A stretch of 63,426 nucleotides of DNA, filler included, from Octopus bimaculoides (Eukaryota): NCBI RefSeq assembly GCF_001194135.2. It is 7 parts of 6 records of this genome, joined end to end, with 100 filler letters (N's around TTAATTAATTAA, not from the genome) between each part and the next. Parts side by side here need not be neighbours in the genome. Positions count along the whole stretch, not along the records: positions 20,783 to 26,529 come from NC_068983.1; positions 26,630 to 50,867 come from NC_068989.1; 5 more parts are not named here. One strand, written 5' to 3'. Below the pieces are notes generated by a model. The model searched no databases, had not been told where the DNA came from, and was given only the letters and a program-made list of their open reading frames with translations. Below, in pieces: positions 22,735 to 36,501 of the stretch. A program made the translations under genes and the position numbers. Position 1 is the first letter of the stretch; the number at the start of each line of letters is the position of its first letter.

Positions 22735-25183
22735 ATCGTATTCATCATCATTGTTTAATGTCTGCTTTCCATATTGACATAGGTTGGACAGTTTGAATGA
22801 GAACTGGCAAGCCCAAAGGCTGCACCAGGCTCCAGTCTGATCTGGCAAGGTTTCTACAGCTGGATACCCTTCCTAACGCCAACCATTCCGAGAGTGTAGT
22901 GGGTGCTTTTTACATGCCACCAGCACAAGGGCCAGTCAGGAGGTACTGGCATCGACCATGACAATGATTTCACTTGACTCAACAAGTTTTCTTGAGCACA
23001 GTTTACTGCTCAATGATTGAAGGGTATTCTTAAATGGGCTGGTTATGCTACACTAGCATAGCTATGGTCTCACTTGGCTTGCCAGGTCTTCTCAAGCACA
23101 CCATATCTCCAAAGGTCTTGGTCACTTGTCATTGCCTCCATGAAGCCCAAGATTTGAAGGTCTTGCTTCACCACCTCATCCCAGGTCTTCCATGGGTCTA
23201 CCTCTTCCACAGGTTCCCTCCACTGACTGTTAGGATATGACACTTTTTCACACAGCTGTCCTCATCCATACGCAACACATAACCATATCAGTGAGGTTGT
23301 CTCTCTTACACACCACATCTGATGCTTATGTCCAATTTTTCTCTTAGGGTGCTTATATGCTATTGTGCATACACACTGACATTACACATCCAGCAGAGCA
23401 TACTAGCTTCATTTCTTGCAAGCTTACGCATGCCCTCAGCCGTCACAGCCCATGTTTCACTGCTGTGTAGCATGGCTGTTTGCACACATATGTCATACTC
23501 TTTTACTCTGAGCGAGAGGCCCTTTGTTACCAGCAGAGGTAGGAATTCTCTGAACTTTGACCAGGCTATTCTTATTCTAGCAGCTACTCTCTCAGTACAT
23601 CCGACCCCACTACTAACTTGGTCAAGTTGGTAATGGAAACTATCAATTACCTCTAGTTTTTCCCCCTGGCATGTGATGGAAGCTGTTTCTGCACATTTTC
23701 AATGTTTATTGCTCCTGTGTATTCACCACACACAAAAACTATCTTCCCAGTTAGCTTTCCTTTGATGTTACTGCACCTCACATGTGTTCATAGCTTACAC
23801 TGAGTACATCTTATGGAGTTGCTACCTATGCCTTTTCTACAGATCAAGCAGAGCTATCTACCTGAAGGGATTTGTGGTTTGTCTGCCTTTCTACTTACTA
23901 AGACTTTGGTTTTTGCTAGGTTGACTCTAAGGCCCTTCGATTCTAGACCTTATTTCTACGCCTGAAACTTCTCCTCTAGTTCTGATAATGACTCAGCTAT
24001 TAGAGCAAGGTCATCAGGAGGAGCTCCCAGGGGCATCCTGTCTTGAATTCCTGCGTTATTACCTGGAGGACTATGATGAATGAGAGGGGGCTAAGTACTG
24101 ATCCTTGGTGGACCCCTACCCCTACTCAGAATTCTTCACTATACTCATTGCCAACCCTCACCTTACTGACAGCATCTCTGTACATGGCTTGTACAGCTCT
24201 CACTAACCACTCATCTAGCCCTAGTTTCTGCTTTGACCACCAGGTAAGGAATCGGGGGACCCTGTCAAAGCTTTCTCCATGACAATGAAAACCAAGTACA
24301 GAAGTTTATCTTTGGCTAGGTATTTCTCCTGCAGCTGTCTTACCAGAAATATAGCATCAGTGGTGCTTTTACCTGGCACAAACCCAAACTGCATCTTGTC
24401 TAAACTAACTCTCTCCCAAATTAGTTGGGCTATGACCCTCTCTGTGACTTTCATTACCTGATCCAACAACTTGATACCTCTGTAATTATTTGTATCTAAT
24501 GCGTCATCTTTACCTTTGTAGCAGTTGACTATGATGCTGCTACACCAGTCATTGGGTATGACTCCTTCATGTATCACCTGATTGACTATATGGGTGACTA
24601 GACTATAGCCAACACCGCCAGATATTTTAAGCATCTCTGCGGTGATTCCTTATGGGCGAGGGGTTTCCCCTGTCTTCATACCCTTAATTGCTTTATCTAC
24701 CAAGGTACTGTCAATTCAAATAAGTGGTCCCTCTGCTGGGTTGACATTTGTCAGACTCTCTTTCTCCCATTCATTCTCTTCCTTTAGCAACCTTTCATAG
24801 AGGCGTCTCCAAGTCTCTCTCTTTGCAGCCTCATTAAATGCAAGTGAGCCGTCATCCACACAGACAAATTTCTCTCCTATGACATCATGATTCTCTCTCA
24901 CACTGTCTTGCAGCATGAAACACTTCAAGTCTTTGGTCCTCACAATGCAGAACATCCGCAAACATTTTCCTATCTGCTTCCCCTCTGGCTAAGTAAACCT
25001 GTCCTCCTAGTTTCTCTCCTGGCAATCTGATACAGTTCCCTGCTACCACCATTCTTCCAGTCCTTCTATGCCTGTTTCTTTTCCCTAATGGCCCTGACAA
25101 CTACATTGTCCCACCACCACATTATCTTAAGTCGAGAGGGGACTTTGCACCATCCACAGATCTGGTCACTAGCCCTGAACAGG

Positions 25184-25185
<2 letters not shown>
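22735..25185 (-). mobile_element. 5'-truncated RTE-clade LINE with degenerate reverse transcriptase
   Basis: ORF 24221-24634 reads IPNDWCSSIIVNCYKGK...NYRGIKLL...QFGFVPGKSTTDAIFLVRQLQEKY. Many stops and frameshifts; heavily CpG-depleted. Confidence 0.9.
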
Positions 25186-25217
<32 letters not shown>

Positions 25218-25608
25218 TTATTATTTTGTTTTCTTATTTAGATATTCTTACCTATTAACCTCTTATTCCTTATAAATTGTTACTATTCTTGTTTTTAAAT
25301 AGATATTTTTCAGTTACTTAAGTCTATGTGAGATGGTTATACTATATCCATATAAACGTATAAATGTATGTGTATGTGTGCACATATATAAATATGTGTG
25401 TATCTGTACACATTTTTATTATTAAAGAATTTTTTTTTTGATTCATAGCTTAAAATTAATATATAGATAGCATGTTTATCTTTCCAGTTATTCCATAAGT
25501 AAATGCCCTGAACAGTATTTATAGAAACCACCTAATAAGTAATTAATTAAGTACATGAATGAATATTAAACTGATTCTATGTAATCTTTCCTTTTTGATG
25601 TTTATAAT

Positions 25609-25659
<51 letters not shown>

Positions 25660-25982
25660 TTTTACCTATTTTGGTTATAATATCATTTTTGAAAATCTTA
25701 AATTCTATTTTTTATACAACATAACAATATTGTTTATAAACAATCACCTATAGTGCCCCCAAATAAAAATTCCTCTGTATTAACATCTTAGGTTTCTTAG
25801 CATCTTAGCCCTTTAACTGGTAATTAATATCATGATTTAAAGTCTTCCCCTACCCAGCCTCTTTTTATAGACAGTTACTTTATATCCAATTGACTACTCC
25901 TAATGTCTTCTTTCCTCCCTGAGGAAAAGAGATACATATGACAATACTGATGACCATACCTAGCCATGAGCTGTCAACTCAC

Positions 25983-26170
25983 TCTTGTCCTTTATTCAAA
26001 ATAGACAGTCTTCTAGTCTTAGATTTAGTAGTTGATAAAGAGAAAAAATGAATTAGAAATGAATTACAATCCTTTACAAAACTATGACCCCAATAGGCTT
26101 CATGTGATTCTTGGAAGTGTAGTCTATTCTTAGCTACAATAGCGACAACATGAATATCTTCCATCTTGCT
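25983..26170 (-). other. Candidate exon (coding status unclear; MEDIHVVAIVAKNRLHFQESHEAYWG...)
   Basis: Acceptor attttaacag| at 26171, donor |gtgagt at 25982, and a 60-codon open frame. No recognisable homology. Confidence 0.25.
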
Positions 26171-26450
26171 CTGTTAAAATATTTGAGAAAAATTATATTA
26201 ATGTGTCTGATTGGTTAAAATTCTATTTATTTATTTATTTGTGCTGCTAAAGATGGTACTGCATTTAAATTGATATAATGATTGGATTGTTCAATTAAAC
26301 GGAGCCGCTTGAAATGGTTGTACTTCATCACTACTTGATATCCTGTTGCTTATTTTGATTTTATTCACCTTACTTCGAGCTGTGCAGATAATACCTGACT
26401 AACTTGGCGCTTCAATGTAAGTATCTAATTCAACTGAATCTCAATTATTT

Positions 26451-26487
<37 letters not shown>

Positions 26488-26647
26488 TAATATATAAAGC
26501 TGAAGTTGTGTGTCTGTGTGAAGCCTTTTNNNNNNNNNNNNNNNNNNNNNNNNNNNNNNNNNNNNNNNNNNNNTTAATTAATTAANNNNNNNNNNNNNNN
26601 NNNNNNNNNNNNNNNNNNNNNNNNNNNNNTGTATATATATATATGTT

Positions 26648-26697
<50 letters not shown>

Positions 26698-26714
26698 CAC
26701 ACACAGACATGCAT

Positions 26715-27370
26715 ATATAAAGTGCCCGTGAATTATTGTTGTTGTTTGCTGTTAGCAAGCAAACAATATTGACTCGCGTAGTTCAAATCGGTAAAGTGAA
26801 AAAGTTGGATAAGTGGGTTCCACATGAACTCAGTGAAAATCAGAAACAGCAACGTTTGGAAGCCTGCATTATGATACTTTCTCGTCACAAAAATTAATCA
26901 TTTTTGAATTGAATTGTAACATGTGATGAGAAATGGATCCAATACAACAATCATAAACATTCAGCACAATGGTTGGACAAAGACGAGCCACCAAAGCACA
27001 GTCCAAAAAGCAAAATTCATCAAAAGAAGCTGATGGTGTGTGTTTGGTGGTCTGGCATAGGTGTGATCCATTATGATTTCATTAAATCTGGCTCATCAAT
27101 CACGGACAAAGTATACTGCAGCCAACTGGACCAAATGATGCAGAAACTTACAAAAAAACAGCCTAGATTAGTTAACAGATCCGCTCCTATTTTATTGCAA
27201 GACGATGCCAGACCACACATTGCGAAAATGACATTGGCAAAACTACAGGAGTTGGAGTTGGAAGTTCTCCATCAGCCACCATACTCACATGATCTTGCCT
27301 CCACTGACTACCACTTCTTCCAGAATTTGGATAACTTTTGAATAGGAAAAAAATTTAGTTCATTCCTCTG
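26715..27370 (+). mobile_element. Mariner transposase remnant
   Basis: KWVPHEL, IVTCDEKWI, KLMVCVWWS, LLQDDARPH and YSHDLASTDYH (D34D-type) motifs. Confidence 0.92.
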
Positions 27371-27596
27371 TCATCNNNNNNNNNNNNNNNNNNNNNNNNN
27401 NNNNNNNNNNNNNNNNNNNNNNNNNNNNNNNNNNNNNNNNNNNNNNNNNNNNNNNNNNNNNNNNNNNNNNNNNNNNNNNNNNNNNNNNNNNNNNNNNNNN
27501 NNNNNNNNNNNNNNNNNNNNNNNNNNNNNNNNNNNNNNNNNNNNNNNNNNNNNNNNNNNNNNNNNNNNNNNNNNNNNNNNNNNNNNNNNNNNNNNN

Positions 27597-27635
<39 letters not shown>

Positions 27636-27667
27636 GGAGTAAGCAAAGTATATATATTTATATATAT

Positions 27668-27723
27668 ATAATGAATATCAATCCAATGTAATATATATAT
27701 TACATTGGATTGATATTCATTAT
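27668..27723. repeat. Perfect 56-bp palindrome
   Basis: All 28 positions pair around the 27695/27696 centre. Confidence 0.95.
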
Positions 27724-27964
27724 TATTTCTTTTTTAAAGAGAAAAAATTTGAACCATAATATTTTTCCACAGATTCTGAATTTCTGATGATCAAAGAATA
27801 AAATAAAATCAAAAATAGTTTATTAAATTATGTTTTTAGAAATATAAATTTTAGTTCAGTGAAAAAAGAAAGAAAAAATTAAAACAATAGCCAATGTGTT
27901 TGTAAAATTGCTTTAAATACAATGTATTTCCCCATAAATGAAATTAGTAATGTGTGTACATGTG

Positions 27965-28340
27965 TAAGTGTGGCTGTGTGATAAGAAGCTTGCTTCTGAA
28001 CTACATGGTTTTGAGTTCAGTCTTGATGCATGGCACCTTGGGCAAGTGTCTTCTATTATAGCCTTGGGCTGATTAAAACCTTGTGAATGGATTTAGTAGG
28101 CGGAAACTGAAAACGGCCTGTTGTATATATGAGTGTGTGTGTGTCTTTGTGTCTGTGTTTGTCTCCACCACCACCACCATTTGACAACTGGTGTTGATTT
28201 GTTTATGTCCCTGTAACTTAGCAGTTTGGCAAAAGAGACTGATAGAATAATCACCAGGCTTTAAAAATAAAAGGAGTACTGGGGTTGATTCATTCGACTA
28301 AAAGTTCTTCAAGGCATTATCCCAGTATGGCTGCAGTTTA
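27965..28340 (+). mobile_element. tRNA-derived SINE family B (other copies about 17190-17335, 18120-18280, 29760-29990, 39920-40310, 40885-41030, 55565-55925, 57770-58090)
   Basis: Shared gtggctgtgtggtaagaagcttgcttc...acatggtt...ggttcagtc...gcaccttgggcaagtgtcttcta.tatagcc. Confidence 0.85.
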
Positions 28341-29653
28341 ATGATTGAAGCAAGATATCTATATATATAGAAATATATATATATATATATAAACACACAC
28401 GTGTATATATCACTGCTTGAAGGAGACAAGTTGTATGGGTTCAAGTCTCACTGCATGTTTTCTTTTTTCCTGCTACACCTGCTTTTGTGATATCTGTTAT
28501 CAAAATCCCTACTGTCATAACAACAAGGACATTATGAATTCACCTTTGCAGCATCACTTTCCAATCACCGTCATCCTGCCTGATCATTACTAACTCCTCT
28601 ACAACTATTACCACTACCACCAATATGACTACAGCTACTACCACTAGTACTACTACTACCACCACTGCTACTGTTACCATTACGGTGATCAAAGTGACAG
28701 GCAGAGTTATTGTGTATATTGCATTGGTGGAATTGTATGCATTCGTGCAGTGAGTCACGGTCAGTGTGATCGGCAGTATTTGTGTGTGTATGTGTGTGTG
28801 TGTGTGTGTGTAAAATGTACGAGTAGCCTGTTTCATATTCCTATGAGCTTATCATCATCGAGAAATGCACACACATGCACACACACACACACACACACAC
28901 CACCTCCCCTACTATCATCATTATCCTCATCATTTCATGCTCATTTTCCATGCTGGCATGTGTTAGATGATTTGACAGGACCTGACACACTGCTCGGTTG
29001 TGTTGGGTTCCAGTGTTAGCTTTGACATGGCTTCTATGGCTTGATGACCTTCCTAATGCCAACCACTTTACAGTGTGTACTAGGTGGAGGGGGGGGGGTT
29101 CGTTTCCATGACACTGGTACTAGTGAGGTCATCAAGTATCTTGGAAGACAAAGAAAAGAAAAAATGCATTCTTGACTGAGTGGGAGTGTATTTGAAAGAG
29201 AGAGAGGGAAGTAGCTTTATGTCAGGTGTTGTTGAAGGCAAAAGCATGATAGACAAACAAGCCCAAGTGTCTTGATGGTTACCTCTCATTATATAAGTGT
29301 GGGTAAGAGTAAGGAAAATAAAAATGGGGAGAGGGTGGCAGAGTGTACTGTCTAGGAATCAGAAAATGATTATTAAAGAGAAAGAGGAAAGCATTTGTTA
29401 TTGTCAAGGATAATGTTATCAGGCAGTTATTGTTGTCGAACTTAGTGGGTCTCAACTGTTTTATTTAAAATGAATTGAAACTCTTTAAAATTATATTTAT
29501 TTGGATCAAGGCTCCAGATATTGTTCTATCTACTGCTTAATGTTTCCAGCTAATTATTCTTATCTAAAAGGCTTTGTCTTAAAGTGATCACATTAAATGG
29601 CTTAAGTGGCTTCTGCTCTATATATGTATGTTTGTGTGTGTGTATATATATAC

Positions 29654-29703
<50 letters not shown>

Positions 29704-30007
29704 ACATCTGGTACTTTTTCTATCAATTTCTTTGTCAGACTGCTAAGTTAGAGACATAAGCACATGAACACCAGTTGTCAAGTGGAGGTGGGGATAACCA
29801 CACACTTGCACACATACACTCACACATATATGATGGGATTCTTTGTGATTCTGTCTACCAAATCCACCCACAAGGCCTTGGTTAGTCCAAGGCTATAGTA
29901 GAATACACTTGCCCTATGTGGCATGCAGTGGGACTGAACCTGGAACCATGTGGTTGCAAAGCAAACTTCCTACCACACAGCTATGCCATGTGCCATGTGT
30001 GTGTGTG

Positions 30008-30040
<33 letters not shown>

Positions 30041-31455
30041 CATTATCATCGTTTAACGTCCGCTTTCCATGCTGGAATGGGTTGGACGGTTTGACTGGGG
30101 ATTAGTGAGCCAGATGGCTGTACCAGGTTCCAATCTGATCTAGCAGAGTTTCTACAGCTGGATGCTCTTCCTAACGTCAGCCACTCCGAGAATGTAGTAG
30201 GTGCTTTTACGTGCCACCAACACGAGGGCCAGTCAGGCGGTACTGGCAACGGCTATGCTCAAATGGTGTTTCTACGTGTCACCTGCACAGGAGCCAGTCC
30301 AGCGGCATTGGCAACGCCCTTGCTTGAATGTTGTTTTCCATGTACCACCGGCACAAGTGCCAGTAAGGTGACGCTGGTAACGATCACGCTCGAATGGTGC
30401 TTTTTACATGCTATATATATACATTAGGTAGATAGATATTGTGATGAAGCAGCATTATGTAAAAAAAAAAAAAAATGATAGTCAGTGGATTGACTAGTTC
30501 TTTATATAAGGGTTAAATAACACAATTTCTTTGAATTCATTTGAACTCAAAATATAAAGGAATGTAGCTAAATGTTGTAAAGCATAAAAACTAGCACTCT
30601 GCTGTTTTTATAATTCTACCACCCTAATCACTATTAATTAACAACATTTAATCAAACTGATAGTAGGCAAATGGATGAGGGCATTTGCTATTAATGCAAG
30701 TACCAGCCAAATCACCTTCAAATGATACCTTTCTACTTTAATCCTTTTGTCGTCATATTTCTGTTGAAATTCACTACTTTGGTTTCTATTTTGAAAATAA
30801 TGAAAAAATTATTAATATGATTTTGTCATTACCAAACTGGTATTTGGTTGAATTAATTATCATGGAATGAGGGAAAACTTTAGTTTATATAACGTTAAAA
30901 CAGGAAGTTTGTATTAACACTTTAGTATTCAGATTACTCTATGAAACGTAATGATTATTTAATCACTATTTTTAATTAATCATGCATTATCTCTTGACTT
31001 CGAAATTTTGATGATGTGAGTGCGTATTTTTAGAATGACATTGTATGATAGGTATGAGAGGCTGGATCTGGTTGGTTTGAACATAAAATAGGTGGAATAT
31101 TTAGGCCAAATTTGGCTTGTTTTAAATGCTAAAGGGTTAAAGAATCAGATATGGTCTCGGGCAGGTTGCTAATGAAAGGGTTAAAAAAAAAAAAAAAAAG
31201 GAAGGGCATATTGGCATAGTATCTAGGTATACTGGTTATGATTATGGTTAGATGTNNNNNNNNNNTGTCTGCTATGTGTGTAATGTCTTGTCACGGGGGA
31301 AGTGAGATAAGATGCAGGTGAATAACTATTTAGCTTTTGATGTTACTTTGAGTGGTTGGCAATGGTTTTAACAGGGTGGAGATGATTGGATGCAAATCTA
31401 GACTGCTGTCATCACTACTAGTACTAACATATAATCCATAATCTTTGGTTTGTGT

Positions 31456-31502
<47 letters not shown>

Positions 31503-33024
31503 NNNNNNNNNNNNNNNNNNNNNNNNNNNNNNNNNNNNNNNNNNNNNNNNNNNNNNNNNNNNNNNNNNNNNNNNNNNNNNNNNNNNNNNNNNNNNNNNNN
31601 NNNNNNNNNNNNNNNNNNNNNNNNNNNNNNNNNNNNNNNNNNNNNNNNNNNNNNNNNNNNNNNNNNNNNNNNNNNNNNNNNNNNNNNNNNNNNNNNNNNN
31701 NNNNNNNNNNNNNNNNNNNNNNNNNNNNNNNNNNNNNNNNNNNNNNNGTGCCCCTGGACTGGCTCTTGTGCGGGTGGCACATAAAAGACACCATTTCGAG
31801 CGTGGCCGTTTTCGTGCGGGTGACACGTAAAAGCACCCACTACACTCTCTGAGTGGTTGGCGTTAGGAAGGGCATCCAGCTGTAGAAACTCTGCCAAATT
31901 AGATTGGAGCCTGGTGTTGCCATCCGGTTTCACCAGTCCTCAATCAAATCGTCCAACCCATGCTAGCATGGAAAGCGGATGTTAAACGATGATGATGATG
32001 ATGATATATATATTGTGTGTGTATGTAGGTATGCATATATTTGTATGTGTATAGATACACACATACATACATGTGTGTGTGTGTGTGTGGCTTTATTTCA
32101 TTAACAATGAAATAAATCAGATATATTTGTATTTTGAAGACTTCTGTGCTCTGATAGAAGATGAAAACCCCTCAACTATGGTTGATGCTATTAGGAGAAA
32201 CACACAACGTAAAACTGAGAACTTACCAAAGCTAATGGCGAGCAGAGATTCTTATTGTGGCATTGGGAAATGCACTTTGGTTGCAACTGTTCAAAGAAAA
32301 CTATAATCCTATTCTAACTCAAAGCATGCATTATCACCTCATAGTTGAGTCAGATAACCACTCGGTGGTAAAAGATTTTGTGTGACAGGGTCAATGTATA
32401 CATTTAATCCTTGTAACCAAGGACAAAGTCTAGGTTCTCATCCATAAGGCTGACTGACAGTTAAGTACTCTGGTTTGGGGTTATGTACAAACGTTACCTG
32501 ATTTTACCTAAATTAATGTAGCAAACACTCTGTAACAAACCATAAATTCCACAAAACCATTAAAAGAAATAGTGTGAAAGTGAGCTACATTTGCTCTCAT
32601 ATCTTTATTACCTCTTATCTAAAATCAATAGAAAAAAATTGTATAAAATTTTCTACCACACTATAACTGAATTACTGCTCTTATTCACTAAATAGGAAAT
32701 ATTTTCAAGAAAGTGTAGTGTGTTAATGTGAAAATCTCTATTAGAAACCATAAAAAACACTACATAGGTTTAATAGTAAGTATTTTCAAAACAGGATTTA
32801 ATCAGTACATTTACTCCTTCAGACACAAACATAGAAGGTATGCTACTACTCTCTCTCTAGATATATTTGAGATCTGAAGAATAGTAATGTTCATACTTTC
32901 AAAGTGAATTAGTCTGCACTCTTGTACATCAATCAGCTCAAATGCTTTTTTTTGTTCATTTACATACACACATGCACACATCCATTTTATTTCAATTCTT
33001 TTTAATTTTGACATATATGGCTAC

Positions 33025-33388
33025 GTGGAGGCGCAATGGCCCAGTGGTTAGGGCAGCGGACTCGCGGTTTCGATTCCCAGACCGGGCATTGTGAGTGTTT
33101 ATTGAGTGAAAACACCTAAAGCTCCACAAGGCTCCGGCCAGGGGAGGTGGCGACCCCTGCTGTACTCTTTCACCACAACATTCTCTCACTCTTACTTCCT
33201 GTTTCTGTTGTGCCTGTAATTCAAAGGGTCAGCCTTGTCACACTGTGTCACGCTGAATATCCCTGTTAAGGGTACACGTGTCTGTGGAGTGCTCAGCCAC
33301 TTGCATGTTAATTTCATGAGCAGGCTGTTCCGTTGATCGGATCAGCTGGAACCCTCGACGTCGTAAGCGACGCAGTGCCAACAACAAC
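33025..33388 (+). mobile_element. SINE family A copy (further copies 42823-43145 plus strand, about 58097-58285 minus strand)
   Basis: Colinear with 17432-17815, with a 14-bp deletion in the head and an (AAC)n tail. Confidence 0.9.
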
Positions 33389-33794
33389 ATACAGCTGCAT
33401 TTGTTTTTCTCATGCTGGTCTTATAAGTCATAAGAGGAGCTACACAGTGAGGCTGGTTGCAGGTTTTACTTATGAGTGTTGTATGCAAGTAGAGTCTCTC
33501 ATGTATAGAATATGACAATATGAGCAAAAGTGAATCAAGTTTCAATCACTATTCTAAACTTAACAGCAATGATGATGAGACACAACTGAGCAAAACAAAA
33601 CGTGTGTGTGTGTCATATTTGCCATATAAACTTCAAGGACACTCGTACAGTAAAAATATTTTCTAATTGTCATTGATGGTTGTATTTATTTGAGAATTGG
33701 ACAGCTATTATATCTTTGTGTATTTTATCTTCTGTCATTTCTTTAGTGATTGATGAATTATGACTGAAAACCAGTTTTATTTATCTACTTTCAG

Positions 33795-33917
33795 ATACTG
33801 ATAAGATGTTTAAATTGAGTGACAAATTGGTGATGTTGGTTACTGGAGAACCCGGGGATACGGTACAATTTGCTGAATATATTGCCAAGAACATTCAGCT
33901 TTATAAAATGAGAAATG
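33795..33917 (+). CDS. PSMB2: Proteasome subunit beta type-2, internal exon (123 nt)
   Basis: ttcag|(D)[40 protein letters not shown](G)|gtaag. Confidence 0.96.
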
Positions 33918-34728
33918 GTAAGCACTTCGTATTCTCTTCATCATCTTAACTCAACATTGTGTACGACACAAATACACCTGACAATGCATATATATCTTAG
34001 TCTTATATAGCTTCAAACTGTCCAAATCAAAACACCCTTGTATATATTTGCTTTAAAGAAAGTAAAGTTATGGACTCTCTGATCTAAGTGAGTAAACTTT
34101 AATCTCTTCCTCTATCATTTATGAACATTCTGTAATGTTCGCTGTTATAATTGACATATACTACTGAATTTTTGTAATTTATTTTCTGAGTTTTTTTTGT
34201 AATAAAACTTACATGTATACCTGGGTCTGTTAGCTCTGAAGTGAGTAACTCAGCTTACCTGTAAATTTCTTAATGTAAAAGCTGCAAGAAGGCCAGTGAG
34301 TCCATGTCTTTTATTAATTGTATCTAATTTATTACCAAAATTTTTGTTTTTGTCATCTTTTTTAGTGTCGCTCTTATAGCCATTATTATGTAATCAACAG
34401 TCACACAGGCACATTATTTTTTAACACACATGATTATTTACTTTAAAAAGAATAATTTTTTTCTATAATAATGACAATTTCCTTGATGGTCTGACCACAA
34501 GTACGCTATAAGCATTTGAATAAAGAAGCCACTCTTAGGTGGAATGTTCAACTTAAAAAATTTTTTTCAATAGGATATTATGAGTTAATGCACAAATATG
34601 TTTTTGTTTTCATGATTGAGATGATTTTTTTTTTTCATTACATTTCAGAAATTTAGTAATTCATTGCTAACATCTTATTAGTAATTCCATAATTTCAGAG
34701 TTGATAACTTGTACATTATATATATATA

Positions 34729-35623
34729 ATCAGGTTGAGTATAAGTAAGCAACGTTTTGAACCATGAAGAATTTGTACCAGATTTTTTGCAGAGTTTTGA
34801 ATTTTTTAAAAACATTTTTTTGAAATTGTCTGATAATACAGACATAGACTTTCCCAAATGTATCAATAAATTAACATTGATATTTTTTTTTACCATTGTT
34901 ACAATAATTTGAAATGGAACTGTCAAAGCACGATATTCGAGCAATTTTGCTATTCAACTTCTTGATGATATTGTAACTTGCGATGAAAAGTGAATTCTGT
35001 ACAATAATAAAAAAATGTTCTTTGTAGTGGTTGAAGTGCCGAAACCTTCCCTAAACCAGGGCTCTTCAAAAAGAAGGTCAAGGTGACTGTTTGGTGGTGT
35101 ACTGCTGGACTCATCCACTATAAGTTCTTAAAACCTGGAAAAACCATTACTGCAGAAACATATTGCCATGAAATTGCCAAAATGAACGAAAAACTGCAAC
35201 TCCTCCATCCCAGATTGGTCAACAGAAGAGAGCCAATTAATTTTCAGGACAATGCTTGACCACACATTTCACTATTGACACTCTAGAAGTTGAAGGAACT
35301 TGGTTACGAAGTTCTTCCCCACCCAGCTTATTTCCCAGACATTTCTCCTTCCAACTACCACTTTTTTTTCAAGCACTTTGATGGTTTCCTGTGTTAAAAG
35401 GAGTTCAAAAATCAAACCAATACTAAAAGTGCATTTAAATAGTTCATCAGCTCCAGAACTCCAGATTTTTATGTTACCGGAATAAACAGACTTGTAACTC
35501 GTTGGCAAAAGTGTGTTGATTGTAATGGTACTTGCTTTGATGAAAAGAATTTCCACATTGTTGAAATATATTGCGATGAATTTCATGTTTCAAAATATTG
35601 CTTACTTTTTACTCAGCCTGATA
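34729..35623 (+). mobile_element. Internally deleted mariner with both TIRs
   Basis: About 40-bp TIRs (atcagg.tgagta.aagtaagcaa..ttttgaa.catgaa) in TA context. Motifs IVTCDEK*, QDNA*PH and YFPDISPSNYH. Confidence 0.92.
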
Positions 35624-36430
35624 TATAGTCACTACATGAAGGTGGTCAGAGTGTTGTAGACACGATCACTAGATCATGAGTTTGATTTCTGGTCTGGGTG
35701 GCACATTGTGTTCTTGAGCAAAACACTTCATTTAACATTGCGCCAGTCCACTCAGGTGTAAATGGGTGACTCTATTATGGAATAGCCCTCCGATCAAAGG
35801 GAATGTTGGCCTGCTTGCCTAACCAGCAAGGTGGTATCATTCGAAAGCTAAAATAATGCAAAATGCATTGTGACCAGCAATGTTTTCATCTAACCCATGC
35901 AAGCATAGAAAAATGGACATAACAGTTAATGAATGAATGTAGTAAATACTTGATCCTAATTTGAACACGGGCCACCATCTTTCAGAGTTTGAAGAATAAG
36001 AGAGCACATTCATTTAGTTGAAACTTTGTCATTGATGCAAGCAAATAAACACCTAGAACAATGCATGCTGGAGTGAATAGAAACATATGATGTTGTTGAT
36101 GACTTGTGTTGGAAGTAGAATCATAAAGTGAATGTAGAATGTGCACTAAAGCATTGATTGGGAGACATGAGTTCAATTCCTTATACATGGCTGTTTTTTT
36201 CTTTCATGTGACGTGTTGTCATCTGTTTCACATTTAATTTCAAAATTGAAAATCTATGTAATCAGTTTCACAGCATTGGTAAAATGTTCTTGAAAATTTA
36301 ATAAAATGAATTATTAGATAAATTATATAAAAAAAAAAAAAAATCCCAAATGTTGTTATGAACATTTTTTTTTTTTTTTGCTCTCTTTATTAGTTCCATA
36401 GGATTATTTATATTAATTCATTGTTTTCAG

Positions 36431-36501
36431 GCTATGAACTTAGTCCAAATGCAGCTGCTAACTTCACACGGAAAAATTTGGCTGATTACTTAAGAACTTC
36501 A
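36431..36501 (+). CDS. PSMB2: PSMB2 internal exon (71 nt)
   Basis: ttttcag|(G)YELSPNAAANFTRKNLADYLRTS|gtaagt; phases match the flanking exons. Confidence 0.96.

Noticed and set aside
28540-28836. 98-aa hydrophobic Val-rich ORF resembling a membrane protein
   Set aside because: It derives from a decayed (CAC/TAC)n trinucleotide tract.
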